From Macrostomum lignano (taxonomy: Eukaryota): a stretch of 64,000 nucleotides of DNA. The stretch spans positions 1,054,001 to 1,118,000 of the forward strand of contig NIVC01000013.1 in the NCBI GenBank assembly GCA_002269645.1, given 5' to 3'. Made by a program: the position numbers and the translations under genes. Under the pieces are notes generated by a model. That model saw only the letters and a program-made list of their open reading frames with translations. It had not been told where the DNA came from and did not search any database. How positions within the stretch are numbered: position 1 is the first letter of the stretch; every line of letters begins with the position of its first letter. Of this stretch, positions 1 to 14,450 are shown piece after piece.

Positions 1-3000
1 TAAAATGATTGTCGTGTGTGCTAAAATGATTGTCTTGTGTGCTAAAATGTGTGCAGTGTGTGCTAAAATGATTGTCTTGTGTGCTAAAATGTGTGCAGTG
101 TGTGCTAAAATGATTGTCTTGTGTGCTAAAATGTGTGCAGTGTGTGCTAAAATGATTGTCTTGTGTGCTAAAATGATTGTCTGTGTGCTAAAATGATTGT
201 CTTGTGTGCTAAAATGATTGTCGTGTGTGCTAAAATGATTGTCTTGTGTGCTAAAATGTGTGCAGTGTGTGCTAAAATGATTGTCTTGTGTGCTAAAATG
301 TGTGCAGTGTGTGCTAAAATGATTGTCTTGTGTGCTAAAATGTGTGCAGTGTGTGCTAAAATGATTGTCTTGTGTGCTAAAATGTGTGCAGTGTGTGCTA
401 AAATGATTGTCTTGTGTGCTAAAATGTGTGCAGTGTGTGCTAAAATGATTGTCTGTGTGCTAAAATGTGTGCAGTGTGTGCTAAAATGATTGTCGTGTGT
501 GCTAAAATGATTGTCGTGTGTGCTAAAATGTTGTCAGTGTGTGCTAAAATGATTGTCTTGTGTGCTAAAATTTCTGTGTGCTAAAATGATTGTCTTGTGT
601 GCTAAAATTGTCGTGTGTGCTAAAATGATTGTCTTGTGTGCTAAAATGATTGTCTGTGTGCTAAAATGATTGTCTTGTGTGCTAAAATGTGTGCAGTGTG
701 TGCTAAAATGATTGTCTTGTGTGCTAAAATGTGTGCAGTGTGTGCTAAAATGATTGTCGTGTGTGCTAAAATGATTGTCGTGTGTGCTAAAATGTGTGCA
801 GTGTGTGCTAAAATGATTGTCTTGTGTGCTAAAATGTGTCTGTGTGCTAAAATGATTGTCTTGTGTGCTAAAATGTGTGCAGTGTGTGCTAAAATGATTG
901 TCTTGTGTGCTAAAATGTGTGCAGTGTGTGCTAAAATGATTGTCTTGTGTGCTAAAATGTGTGCAGTGTGTGCTAAAATGATTGTCTTGTGTGCTAAAAT
1001 GATTGTCGTGTGTGCTAAAATGATTGTCTTGTGTGCTAAAATGTGTGCAGTGTGTGCTAAAATGATTGTCGTGTGTGCTAAAATGATTGTCTTGTGTGCT
1101 AAAATGTGTGCAGTGTGTGCTAAAATGATTGTCTTGTGTGCTAAAATGTGTGCAGTGTGTGCTAAAATGATTGTCTTGTGTGCTAAAATGTGTGCAGTGT
1201 GTGCTAAAATGATTGTCTGTGTGCTAAAATGTGTGCAGTGTGTGCTAAAATGATTGTCGTGTGTGCTAAAATGATTGTCTTGTGTGCTAAAATGATTGTC
1301 GTGTGTGCTAAAATGATTGTCTTGTGTGCTAAAATGTTGTCAGTGTGTGCTAAAATGATTGTCTTGTGTGCTAAAATGTGTGCAGTGTGTGCTAAAATGA
1401 TTGTCTTGTGTGCTAAAATGTGTGCAGTGTGTGCTAAAATGATTGTCTTGTGTGCTAAAATGTGTGCAGTGTGTGCTAAAATGATTGTCGTGTGTGCTAA
1501 AATGATTGTCAGTGTGTGCTAAAATGTTGTCAGTGTGTGCTAAAATGATTGTCTGTGTGCTAAAATGTGTGCTGTGTGCTAAAATGATTGTCTTGTGTGC
1601 TAAAATGTGTGCTGTGTGCTAAAATGATTGTCTTGTGTGCTAAAATGTGTGCTGTGTGCTAAAATGATTGTCTTGTGTGCTAAAATGTGTGCAGTGTGTG
1701 CTAAAATGATTGTCTTGTGTGCTAAAATGTGTGCAGTGTGTGCTAAAATGATTGTCTGTGTGCTAAAATGATTGTCGTGTGTGCTAAAATGTTGCAGTGT
1801 GTGCTAAAATGATTGTCTTGTGTGCTAAAATGTGTCTGTGTGCTAAAATGATTGTCTTGTGTGCTAAAATGTGTGCAGTGTGTGCTAAAATGATTGTCTT
1901 GTGTGCTAAAATGTGTGCAGTGTGTGCTAAAATGATTGTCTTGTGTGCTAAAATGATTGTCGTGTGTGCTAAAATGATTGTCTTGTGTGCTAAAATGATT
2001 GTCGTGTGTGCTAAAATGATTGTCTTGTGTGCTAAAATGATTGTCAGTGTGTGCTAAAATGATTGTCTGTGTGCTAAAATGATTGTCTTGTGTGCTAAAA
2101 TGATTGTCAGTGTGTGCTAAAATGATTGTCTTGTGTGCTAAAATGATTGTCGTGTGTGCTAAAATGATTGTCTTGTGTGCTAAAATGTTGTCGTGTGTGC
2201 TAAAATGATTGTCTTGTGTGCTAAAATGTTGCAGTGTGTGCTAAAATGATTGTCGTGTGTGCTAAAATGATTGTCTTGTGTGCTAAAATGTTGCAGTGTG
2301 TGCTAAAATGATTGTCTTGTGTGCTAAAATGTGTGCAGTGTGTGCTAAAATGATTGTCTTGTGTGCTAAAATGTGTGCAGTGTGTGCTAAAATGATTGTC
2401 TTGTGTGCTAAAATGTGTGCAGTGTGTGCTAAAATGATTGTCGTGTGTGCTAAAATGATTGTCTTGTGTGCTAAAATGATTGTCGTGTGTGCTAAAATGA
2501 TTGTCTTGTGTGCTAAAATGATTGTCGTGTGTGCTAAAATGATTGTCTTGTGTGCTAAAATGATTGTCAGTGTGTGCTAAAATGATTGTCTTGTGTGCTA
2601 AAATGATTGTCGTGTGTGCTAAAATGATTGTCTTGTGTGCTAAAATGATTGTCGTGTGTGCTAAAATGATTGTCTTGTGTGCTAAAATGTGTGCAGTGTG
2701 TGCTAAAATGATTGTCTGTGTGCTAAAATGATTGTCTTGTGTGCTAAAATGTGTGCAGTGTGTGCTAAAATGATTGTCTTGTGTGCTAAAATGTGTGCAG
2801 TGTGTGCTAAAATGATTGTCTTGTGTGCTAAAATGTGTGCAGTGTGTGCTAAAATGATTGTCTGTGTGCTAAAATGATTGTCAGTGTGTGCTAAAATGAT
2901 TGTCAGTGTGTGCTAAAATGATTGTCTTGTGTGCTAAAATGTGTCTGTGTGCTAAAATGATTGTCTTGTGTGCTAAAATGTGTGCAGTGTGTGCTAAAAT

Positions 3001-6000
3001 GATTGTCTTGTGTGCTAAAATGTGTGCAGTGTGTGCTAAAATGATTGTCTTGTGTGCTAAAATGATTGTCGTGTGTGCTAAAATGATTGTCTTGTGTGCT
3101 AAAATGATTGTCAGTGTGTGCTAAAATGATTGTCTTGTGTGCTAAAATGATTGTCAGTGTGTGCTAAAATGATTGTCTGTGTGCTAAAATGATTGTCTTG
3201 TGTGCTAAAATGTGTGCAGTGTGTGCTAAAATGATTGTCTTGTGTGCTAAAATGTGTGCAGTGTGTGCTAAAATGATTGTCTTGTGTGCTAAAATGTGTG
3301 CAGTGTGTGCTAAAATGATTGTCTTGTGTGCTAAAATGTGTGCAGTGTGTGCTAAAATGATTGTCGTGTGTGCTAAAATGATTGTCTTGTGTGCTAAAAT
3401 GATTGTCGTGTGTGCTAAAATGATTGTCTTGTGTGCTAAAATGTGTGCAGTGTGTGCTAAAATGATTGTCTTGTGTGCTAAAATGTGTGCAGTGTGTGCT
3501 AAAATGATTGTCTTGTGTGCTAAAATGTGTGCAGTGTGTGCTAAAATGATTGTCTTGTGTGCTAAAATGTGTGCAGTGTGTGCTAAAATGATTGTCGTGT
3601 GTGCTAAAATGATTGTCAGTGTGTGCTAAAATGTGTGTCAGTGTGTGCTAAAATGATTGTCTGTGTGCTAAAATGTGTGCTGTGTGCTAAAATGATTGTC
3701 TTGTGTGCTAAAATGTTGCAGTGTGTGCTAAAATGATTGTCTTGTGTGCTAAAATGTGTGCAGTGTGTGCTAAAATGATTGTCTTGTGTGCTAAAATGTG
3801 TGCAGTGTGTGCTAAAATGATTGTCTTGTGTGCTAAAATGTGTGCAGTGTGTGCTAAAATGATTGTCTGTGTGCTAAAATGATTGTCGTGTGTGCTAAAA
3901 TGATTGTCTGTGTGCTAAAATGATTGTCTTGTGTGCTAAAATGTGTGCAGTGTGTGCTAAAATGATTGTCTTGTGTGCTAAAATGTGTGCAGTGTGTGCT
4001 AAAATGATTGTCTTGTGTGCTAAAATGTGTGCAGTGTGTGCTAAAATGATTGTCTTGTGTGCTAAAATGTTGTCGTGTGTGCTAAAATGATTGTCTTGTG
4101 TGCTAAAATGATGTGCAGTGTGTGCTAAAATGATTGTCTTGTGTGCTAAAATGATTGTCGTGTGTGCTAAAATGATTGTCGTGTGTGCTAAAATGATTGT
4201 CTTGTGTGCTAAAATGTTGTCAGTGTGTGCTAAAATGATTGTCTTGTGTGCTAAAATGATTGTGCGTGTGTGCTAAAATGATTGTCTTGTGTGCTAAAAT
4301 GATTGTCGTGTGTGCTAAAATGATTGTCTTGTGTGCTAAAATGATTGTCAGTGTGTGCTAAAATGATTGTCTGTGTGCTAAAATGATTGTCTTGTGTGCT
4401 AAAATGTGTGCAGTGTGTGCTAAAATGATTGTCTTGTGTGCTAAAATGTGTGCAGTGTGTGCTAAAATGATTGTCTTGTGTGCTAAAATGTGTGCAGTGT
4501 GTGCTAAAATGATTGTCTTGTGTGCTAAAATGTGTGCAGTGTGTGCTAAAATGATTGTCGTGTGTGCTAAAATGATTGTCTTGTGTGCTAAAATGATTGT
4601 CGTGTGTGCTAAAATGATTGTCTTGTGTGCTAAAATGATTGTCGTGTGTGCTAAAATGATTGTCTTGTGTGCTAAAATGATTGTCGTGTGTGCTAAAATG
4701 ATTGTCTTGTGTGCTAAAATGATTGTCGTGTGTGCTAAAATGATTGTCTTGTGTGCTAAAATGATTGTCGTGTGTGCTAAAATGATTGTCTTGTGTGCTA
4801 AAATGATTGTCGTGTGTGCTAAAATGATTGTCTTGTGTGCTAAAATGATGTCTGTGTGCTAAAATGTTGTCGTGTGTGCTAAAATGATTGTCTTGTGTGC
4901 TAAAATGTGTGCAGTGTGTGCTAAAATGATTGTCTTGTGTGCTAAAATGTGTGCAGTGTGTGCTAAAATGATTGTCTTGTGTGCTAAAATGTGTGCAGTG
5001 TGTGCTAAAATGATTGTCAGTGTGTGCTAAAATGATGTGCTGTGTGCTAAAATGATTGTCGTGTGTGCTAAAATGATTGTCTTGTGTGCTAAAATGATTG
5101 TCGTGTGTGCTAAAATGATTGTCTTGTGTGCTAAAATGTGTGCAGTGTGTGCTAAAATGATTGTCTTGTGTGCTAAAATGTGTCTGTGTGCTAAAATGAT
5201 TGTCAGTGTGTGCTAAAATGATTGTCTTGTGTGCTAAAATGTGTGCAGTGTGTGCTAAAATGATTGTCTTGTGTGCTAAAATGTGTGCAGTGTGTGCTAA
5301 AATGATTGTCTTGTGTGCTAAAATGTGTGCAGTGTGTGCTAAAATGATTGTCTGTGTGCTAAAATGTGTGCAGTGTGTGCTAAAATATTGTCGTGTGTGC
5401 TAAAATGATTGTCTTGTGTGCTAAAATGTTGTGTGTGTGCTAAAATGATTGTCTTGTGTGCTAAAATGTGTGCAGTGTGTGCTAAAATGATTGTCTTGTG
5501 TGCTAAAATGTGTGCAGTGTGTGCTAAAATGATTGTCTTGTGTGCTAAAATGATTGTCTGTGTGCTAAAATGATTGTCTTGTGTGCTAAAATGATTGTCT
5601 GTGTGCTAAAATGATTGTCTGTGTGCTAAAATGATTGTCTTGTGTGCTAAAATGATTGTCTGTGTGCTAAAATGATTGTCTTGTGTGCTAAAATGTTGTC
5701 TGTGTGCTAAAATGATTGTCTTGTGTGCTAAAATGATTGTCAGTGTGTGCTAAAATGATTGTCTTGTGTGCTAAAATGATTGTCGTGTGTGTCTTGTGTG
5801 CTAAAATGATTGTCGTGTGTGCTAAAATGATTGTCTTGTGTGCTAAAATGTGTGCAGTGTGTGCTAAAATGATTGTCTTGTGTGCTAAAATGTGTGCAGT
5901 GTGTGCTAAAATGATTGTCTTGTGTGCTAAAATGTGTGCAGTGTGTGCTAAAATGATTGTCTTGTGTGCTAAAATGTGTGCAGTGTGTGCTAAAATGATT

Positions 6001-9000
6001 GTCTTGTGTGCTAAAATGTGTGCAGTGTGTGCTAAAATGATTGTCTTGTGTGCTAAAATGTGTGCAGTGTGTGCTAAAATGATTGTCTTGTGTGCTAAAA
6101 TGTGTGCAGTGTGTGCTAAAATGATTGTCTTGTGTGCTAAAATGTGTGCAGTGTGTGCTAAAATGATTGTCTTGTGTGCTAAAATGTGTGCAGTGTGTGC
6201 TAAAATGATTGTCTTGTGTGCTAAAATGTGTGCAGTGTGTGCTAAAATGATTGTCTTGTGTGCTAAAATGATTGTCGTGTGTGCTAAAATGATTGTCTGT
6301 GTGCTAAAATGATTGTCTTGTGTGCTAAAATGATTGTCTGTGTGCTAAAATGATGTCAGTGTGTGCTAAAATGATTGTCTTGTGTGCTAAAATGTGTGCA
6401 GTGTGTGCTAAAATGATTGTCTTGTGTGCTAAAATGTGTGCAGTGTGTGCTAAAATGATTGTCTTGTGTGCTAAAATGATTGTCTGTGTGCTAAAATGAT
6501 TGTCTTGTGTGCTAAAATGTGTGCAGTGTGTGCTAAAATGATTGTCTTGTGTGCTAAAATGTGTGCAGTGTGTGCTAAAATGATTGTCGTGTGTGCTAAA
6601 ATGATTGTCGTGTGTGCTAAAATGTGTGCAGTGTGTGCTAAAATGATTGTCTTGTGTGCTAAAATGATTGTCTTGTGTGCTAAAATGATTGTCTTGTGTG
6701 CTAAAATGTGTGCAGTGTGTGCTAAAATGATTGTCTTGTGTGCTAAAATGTGTGCAGTGTGTGCTAAAATGATTGTCTTGTGTGCTAAAATGATTGTCGT
6801 GTGTGCTAAAATGATTGTCTTGTGTGCTAAAATGATTGTCGTGTGTGCTAAAATGATTGTCTTGTGTGCTAAAATGTGTGCAGTGTGTGCTAAAATGATT
6901 GTCGTGTGTGCTAAAATGATTGTCTTGTGTGCTAAAATGTGTGCAGTGTGTGCTAAAATGATTGTCTTGTGTGCTAAAATGTGTGCAGTGTGTGCTAAAA
7001 TGATTGTCTTGTGTGCTAAAATGTGTGCAGTGTGTGCTAAAATGATTGTCGTGTGTGCTAAAATGTGTGTCAGTGTGTGCTAAAATGATGTCAGTGTGTG
7101 CTAAAATGATTGTCTTGTGTGCTAAAATGATTGTCGTGTGTGCTAAAATGATTGTCTTGTGTGCTAAAATGATTGTCGTGTGTGCTAAAATGATTGTCTT
7201 GTGTGCTAAAATGTGTGCAGTGTGTGCTAAAATGATTGTCTTGTGTGCTAAAATGATTGTCGTGTGTGCTAAAATGATTGTCTTGTGTGCTAAAATGATT
7301 GTCGTGTGTGCTAAAATGATTGTCTTGTGTGCTAAAATGTGTCAGTGTGTGCTAAAATGATTGTCGTGTGTGCTAAAATGATTGTCTTGTGCTAAAATGT
7401 GTGCAGTGTGTGCTAAAATGATTGTCTTGTGTGCTAAAATGTGTGCAGTGTGTGCTAAAATGATTGTCTTGTGTGCTAAAATGTGTGCAGTGTGTGCTAA
7501 AATGATTGTCTTGTGTGCTAAAATGTGTGCAGTGTGTGCTAAAATGATGTGTGTGTGCTAAAATGATTGTCTTGTGTGCTAAAATGATTGTCGTGTGTGC
7601 TAAAATGATTGTCTTGTGTGCTAAAATGATTGTCGTGTGTGCTAAAATGATTGTCTTGTGTGCTAAAATGTGTGCAGTGTGTGCTAAAATGATTGTCGTG
7701 TGTGCTAAAATGATTGTCTTGTGTGCTAAAATGTGTGCAGTGTGTGCTAAAATGATTGTCTTGTGTGCTAAAATGTGTGCAGTGTGTGCTAAAATGATTG
7801 TCTTGTGTGCTAAAATGTGTGCAGTGTGTGCTAAAATGATTGTCTGTGTGCTAAAATGTGTGCAGTGTGTGCTAAAATGTTGTCGTGTGTGCTAAAATGA
7901 TTGTCTTGTGTGCTAAAATGATTGTCGTGTGTGCTAAAATGATTGTCTTGTGTGCTAAAATGTTGTCAGTGTGTGCTAAAATGATTGTCTTGTGTGCTAA
8001 AATGTGTGCAGTGTGTGCTAAAATGATTGTCGTGTGTGCTAAAATGATTGTCTTGTGTGCTAAAATGTGTGCAGTGTGTGCTAAAATGATTGTCTTGTGT
8101 GCTAAAATGTGTGCAGTGTGTGCTAAAATGATTGTCTTGTGTGCTAAAATGATTGTCTTGTGTGCTAAAATGATTGTCTTGTGTGCTAAAATGTGTGCAG
8201 TGTGTGCTAAAATGATTGTCGTGTGTGCTAAAATGTGTGCAGTGTGTGCTAAAATGATTGTCGTGTGTGCTAAAATGATTGTCTTGTGTGCTAAAATGTG
8301 TGCAGTGTGTGCTAAAATGATTGTCTGTGTGCTAAAATGTGTGCAGTGTGTGCTAAAATGATTGTCTTGTGTGCTAAAATGATTGTCTTGTGTGCTAAAA
8401 TGATTGTGTGTGTGCTAAAATGATTGTCTTGTGTGCTAAAATGTGTGCAGTGTGTGCTAAAATGATTGTCTTGTGTGCTAAAATGTGTGCAGTGTGTGCT
8501 AAAATGATTGTCTTGTGTGCTAAAATGATTGTCTGTGTGCTAAAATGATTGTCTTGTGTGCTAAAATGATTGTCTTGTGTGCTAAAATGATTGTCTTGTG
8601 CTAAAATGATTGTCGTGTGTGCTAAAATGATTGTCTTGTGTGCTAAAATGATTGTCTTGTGTGCTAAAATGTGTGCAGTGTGTGCTAAAATGATTGTCTT
8701 GTGTGCTAAAATGTGTGCAGTGTGTGCTAAAATGATTGTCTTGTGTGCTAAAATGATTGTCTGTGTGCTAAAATGATTGTCTTGTGTGCTAAAATGATTG
8801 TCGTGTGTGCTAAAATGATTGTCTTGTGTGCTAAAATGATGTCTGTGTGCTAAAATGATTGTCTTGTGTGCTAAAATGTGTGCAGTGTGTGCTAAAATGT
8901 TGTCAGTGTGTGCTAAAATGTGTGTGTGTGCTAAAATGTGTGCAGTGTGTGCTAAAATGATTGTCTTGTGTGCTAAAATGATTGTCGTGTGTGCTAAAAT

Positions 9001-12000
9001 GATTGTCTTGTGTGCTAAAATGATTGTCTGTGTGCTAAAATGATTGTCTTGTGTGCTAAAATGATTGTCGTGTGTGCTAAAATGATTGTCTTGTGTGCTA
9101 AAATGATTGTCGTGTGTGCTAAAATGATTGTCTTGTGTGCTAAAATGTTGTCGTGTGTGCTAAAATGTTGTCAGTGTGTGCTAAAATGATTGTCGTGTGT
9201 GCTAAAATGTTGTCAGTGTGTGCTAAAATGTGTGCAGTGTGTGCTAAAATGATTGTCTTGTGTGCTAAAATGATTGTCGTGTGTGCTAAAATGATTGTCT
9301 TGTGTGCTAAAATGATTGTCGTGTGTGCTAAAATGATTGTCTTGTGTGCTAAAATGTTGCAGTGTGTGCTAAAATGATTGTCGTGTGTGCTAAAATGATT
9401 GTCTTGTGTGCTAAAATGTTGTCAGTGTGTGCTAAAATGATTGTCTTGTGTGCTAAAATGTGTGCAGTGTGTGCTAAAATGATTGTCTTGTGTGCTAAAA
9501 TGTGTGCAGTGTGTGCTAAAATGATTGTCTTGTGTGCTAAAATGTGTGCAGTGTGTGCTAAAATGATTGTCTTGTGTGCTAAAATGTGTGCAGTGTGTGC
9601 TAAAATGATTGTCGTGTGTGCTAAAATGTGTGCAGTGTGTGCTAAAATGATTGTCGTGTGTGCTAAAATGATTGTCTGTGTGCTAAAATGTGTGCAGTGT
9701 GTGCTAAAATGATTGTCTTGTGTGCTAAAATGATTGTCTGTGTGCTAAAATGATTGTCTTGTGTGCTAAAATGATTGTCTGTGTGCTAAAATGATTGTCT
9801 TGTGTGCTAAAATGATTGTCTTGTGTGCTAAAATGTGTGCAGTGTGTGCTAAAATGATTGTCTTGTGTGCTAAAATGTGTGCAGTGTGTGCTAAAATGAT
9901 TGTCTTGTGTGCTAAAATGATTGTGCAGTGTGTGCTAAAATGATTGTCTTGTGTGCTAAAATGATTGTCGTGTGTGCTAAAATGATTGTCTTGTGTGCTA
10001 AAATGTGTGCAGTGTGTGCTAAAATGATTGTCTTGTGTGCTAAAATGTGTGCAGTGTGTGCTAAAATGATTGTCTTGTGTGCTAAAATGTGTGCAGTGTG
10101 TGCTAAAATGATTGTCTTGTGTGCTAAAATGTGTGCAGTGTGTGCTAAAATGATTGTCTTGTGTGCTAAAATGTGTGCAGTGTGTGCTAAAATGATTGTC
10201 TTGTGTGCTAAAATGTGTGCAGTGTGTGCTAAAATGATTGTCTGTGTGCTAAAATGATTGTCAGTGTGTGCTAAAATGTTGTCTGTGTGCTAAAATGATT
10301 GTCTGTGTGCTAAAATGTTGTCTGTGTGCTAAAATGATTGTCTTGTGTGCTAAAATGATTGTCTGTGTGCTAAAATGATTGTCTTGTGTGCTAAAATGAT
10401 TGTCGTGTGTGCTAAAATGATTGTCTTGTGTGCTAAAATGTGTGCAGTGTGTGCTAAAATGATTGTCTTGTGTGCTAAAATGTGTGCAGTGTGTGCTAAA
10501 ATGATTGTCTTGTGTGCTAAAATGATTGTCGTGTGTGCTAAAATGATTGTCTGTGTGCTAAAATGATTGTCTGTGTGCTAAAATGATTGTCTGTGTGCTA
10601 AAATGATTGTCTTGTGTGCTAAAATGTGTGCAGTGTGTGCTAAAATGATTGTCTTGTGTGCTAAAATGTGTGCAGTGTGTGCTAAAATGATTGTCTTGTG
10701 TGCTAAAATGTGTGCAGTGTGTGCTAAAATGATTGTCTTGTGTGCTAAAATGATTGTCGTGTGTGCTAAAATGATTGTCTTGTGTGCTAAAATGATTGTC
10801 GTGTGTGCTAAAATGATTGTCTTGTGTGCTAAAATGATTGTCTGTGTGCTAAAATGATTGTCTGTGTGCTAAAATGATTGTCTTGTGTGCTAAAATGTGT
10901 GCAGTGTGTGCTAAAATGATTGTCTTGTGTGCTAAAATGTGTGCAGTGTGTGCTAAAATGATTGTCTTGTGTGCTAAAATGTGTGCAGTGTGTGCTAAAA
11001 TGATTGTCTGTGTGCTAAAATGTGTGCAGTGTGTGCTAAAATGATTGTCGTGTGTGCTAAAATGATTGTCTTGTGTGCTAAAATGTGTCAGTGTGTGCTA
11101 AAATGATTGTCTTGTGTGCTAAAATGTGTGCAGTGTGTGCTAAAATGATTGTCTTGTGTGCTAAAATGTGTGCAGTGTGTGCTAAAATGATTGTCTGTGT
11201 GCTAAAATGTGTGTCAGTGTGTGCTAAAATGATTGTCGTGTGTGCTAAAATGTGTGCAGTGTGTGCTAAAATGATTGTCTGTGTGCTAAAATGATTGTCT
11301 GTGTGCTAAAATGATTGTCTTGTGTGCTAAAATGATTGTCTGTGTGCTAAAATGATTGTCTTGTGTGCTAAAATGATTGTCTTGTGTGCTAAAATGATTG
11401 TCTTGTGTGCTAAAATGTGTGCAGTGTGTGCTAAAATGATTGTCTTGTGTGCTAAAATGTGTGCAGTGTGTGCTAAAATGATTGTCGTGTGTGCTAAAAT
11501 GATTGTCGTGTGTGCTAAAATGTGTGCAGTGTGTGCTAAAATGATTGTCTTGTGTGCTAAAATGATTGTCTTGTGTGCTAAAATGATTGTCTTGTGTGCT
11601 AAAATGTGTGCAGTGTGTGCTAAAATGATTGTCTTGTGTGCTAAAATGTGTGCAGTGTGTGCTAAAATGATTGTCTGTGTGCTAAAATGATTGTCGTGTG
11701 TGCTAAAATGATTGTCTTGTGTGCTAAAATGATTGTCTGTGTGCTAAAATGATTGTCTTGTGTGCTAAAATGTGTGCAGTGTGTGCTAAAATGATTGTCG
11801 TGTGTGCTAAAATGATTGTCTTGTGTGCTAAAATGTGTGCAGTGTGTGCTAAAATGATTGTCTTGTGTGCTAAAATGATTGTCGTGTGTGCTAAAATGAT
11901 TGTCTTGTGTGCTAAAATGATTGTCGTGTGTGCTAAAATGATTGTCTTGTGTGCTAAAATGTGTGCAGTGTGTGCTAAAATGATTGTCGTGTGTGCTAAA

Positions 12001-14450
12001 ATGATTGTCTTGTGTGCTAAAATGTGTGCAGTGTGTGCTAAAATGATTGTCTTGTGTGCTAAAATGTGTGCAGTGTGTGCTAAAATGATTGTCTTGTGTG
12101 CTAAAATGTGTGCAGTGTGTGCTAAAATGATTGTCGTGTGTGCTAAAATGTGTGCAGTGTGTGCTAAAATGTGTGCGTGTGTGCTAAAATGATTGTCTTG
12201 TGTGCTAAAATGATTGTCGTGTGTGCTAAAATGATTGTCTTGTGTGCTAAAATGATTGTCGTGTGTGCTAAAATGATTGTCTTGTGTGCTAAAATGTGTG
12301 CAGTGTGTGCTAAAATGATTGTCTTGTGTGCTAAAATGATTGTCGTGTGTGCTAAAATGATTGTCTTGTGTGCTAAAATGATTGTCGTGTGTGCTAAAAT
12401 GATTGTCTTGTGTGCTAAAATGTGTGCAGTGTGTGCTAAAATGATTGTCGTGTGTGCTAAAATGATTGTCTTGTGTGCTAAAATGTGTCAGTGTGTGCTA
12501 AAATGATTGTCTTGTGTGCTAAAATGTGTGCAGTGTGTGCTAAAATGATTGTCTTGTGTGCTAAAATGTGTGCAGTGTGTGCTAAAATGATTGTCGTGTG
12601 TGCTAAAATGTGTGCAGTGTGTGCTAAAATGTGTGCAGTGTGTGCTAAAATGATTGTCTTGTGTGCTAAAATGTGTGCAGTGTGTGCTAAAATGATTGTC
12701 TTGTGTGCTAAAATGATTGTCGTGTGTGCTAAAATGATTGTCTTGTGTGCTAAAATGTGTGCAGTGTGTGCTAAAATGATTGTCGTGTGTGCTAAAATGA
12801 TTGTCTTGTGTGCTAAAATGTGTGCAGTGTGTGCTAAAATGATTGTCTTGTGTGCTAAAATGTGTGCAGTGTGTGCTAAAATGATTGTCTTGTGTGCTAA
12901 AATGTGTGCAGTGTGTGCTAAAATGATTGTCTTGTGTGCTAAAATGTGTGCAGTGTGTGCTAAAATGATTGTCGTGTGTGCTAAAATGTGTGCAGTGTGT
13001 GCTAAAATGATTGTCGTGTGTGCTAAAATGATTGTCTTGTGTGCTAAAATGTGTGCAGTGTGTGCTAAAATGATTGTCTTGTGTGCTAAAATGTGTGCAG
13101 TGTGTGCTAAAATGATTGTCTTGTGTGCTAAAATGATTGTCGTGTGTGCTAAAATGATTGTGTTGTGTGCTAAAATGATTGTCTTGTGTGCTAAAATGTG
13201 TGCAGTGTGTGCTAAAATGATTGTCTTGTGTGCTAAAATGTGTGCAGTGTGTGCTAAAATGATTGTCTTGTGTGCTAAAATGATTGTCTTGTGTGCTAAA
13301 ATGATTGTCTTGTGTGCTAAAATGATTGTCTTGTGTGCTAAAATGATTGTCTTGTGTGCTAAAATGATTGTCTTGTGTGCTAAAATGATTGTCTTGTGTG
13401 CTAAAATGATTGTCTTGTGTGCTAAAATGTGTGCAGTGTGTGCTAAAATGATTGTCTTGTGTGCTAAAATGTGTGCAGTGTGTGCTAAAATGATTGTCTT
13501 GTGTGCTAAAATGATTGTCTGTGTGCTAAAATGATTGTCTTGTGTGCTAAAATGATTGTCGTGTGTGCTAAAATGATTGTCTTGTGTGCTAAAATGTGTG
13601 CAGTGTGTGCTAAAATGATTGTCTTGTGTGCTAAAATGTGTGCAGTGTGTGCTAAAATGATTGTCTTGTGTGCTAAAATGTGTGCAGTGTGTGCTAAAAT
13701 GATTGTCTTGTGTGCTAAAATGTGTGCAGTGTGTGCTAAAATGATTGTCTTGTGTGCTAAAATGTGTGCAGTGTGTGCTAAAATGATTGTCTTGTGTGCT
13801 AAAATGTGTGCAGTGTGTGCTAAAATGATTGTCTTGTGTGCTAAAATGTGTGCAGTGTGTGCTAAAATGATTGTCTTGTGTGCTAAAATGTGTGCAGTGT
13901 GTGCTAAAATGATTGTCTTGTGTGCTAAAATGTGTGCAGTGTGTGCTAAAATGATTGTCTTGTGTGCTAAAATGTGTGCAGTGTGTGCTAAAATGATTGT
14001 CTTGTGTGCTAAAATGTGTGCAGTGTGTGCTAAAATATTGTCTTGTGTGCTAAAATGATTGTCTTGTGTGCTAAAATGATTGTCGTGTGTGCTAAAATGA
14101 TTGTCTTGTGTGCTAAAATGATTGTCTGTGTGCTAAAATGATTGTCTTGTGTGCTAAAATGATTGTCGTGTGTGCTAAAATGATTGTCTTGTGTGCTAAA
14201 ATGTGTGCAGTGTGTGCTAAAATGATTGTCTTGTGTGCTAAAATGTGTGCAGTGTGTGCTAAAATGATTGTCTTGTGTGCTAAAATGATTGTCTTGTGTG
14301 CTAAAATGATTGTCTTGTGTGCTAAAATGATTGTCTTGTGTGCTAAAATGATTGTCTTGTGTGCTAAAATGATTGTCTTGTGTGCTAAAATGATTGTTTT
14401 GTGTGCTAAAATGATTGTCGTAGGTGCTAAAATGATTTGTCGTAGGTGCT
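1..14450. repeat. Large 21-bp satellite array (runs off the left edge of the window)
   Basis: Monomers GTGTGCTAAAATGATTGTCTT, GTGTGCTAAAATGTGTGCAGT and GTGTGCTAAAATGATTGTCGT plus 20-bp variants, head to tail; degenerates at about 14400-14450. Confidence 0.99.
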
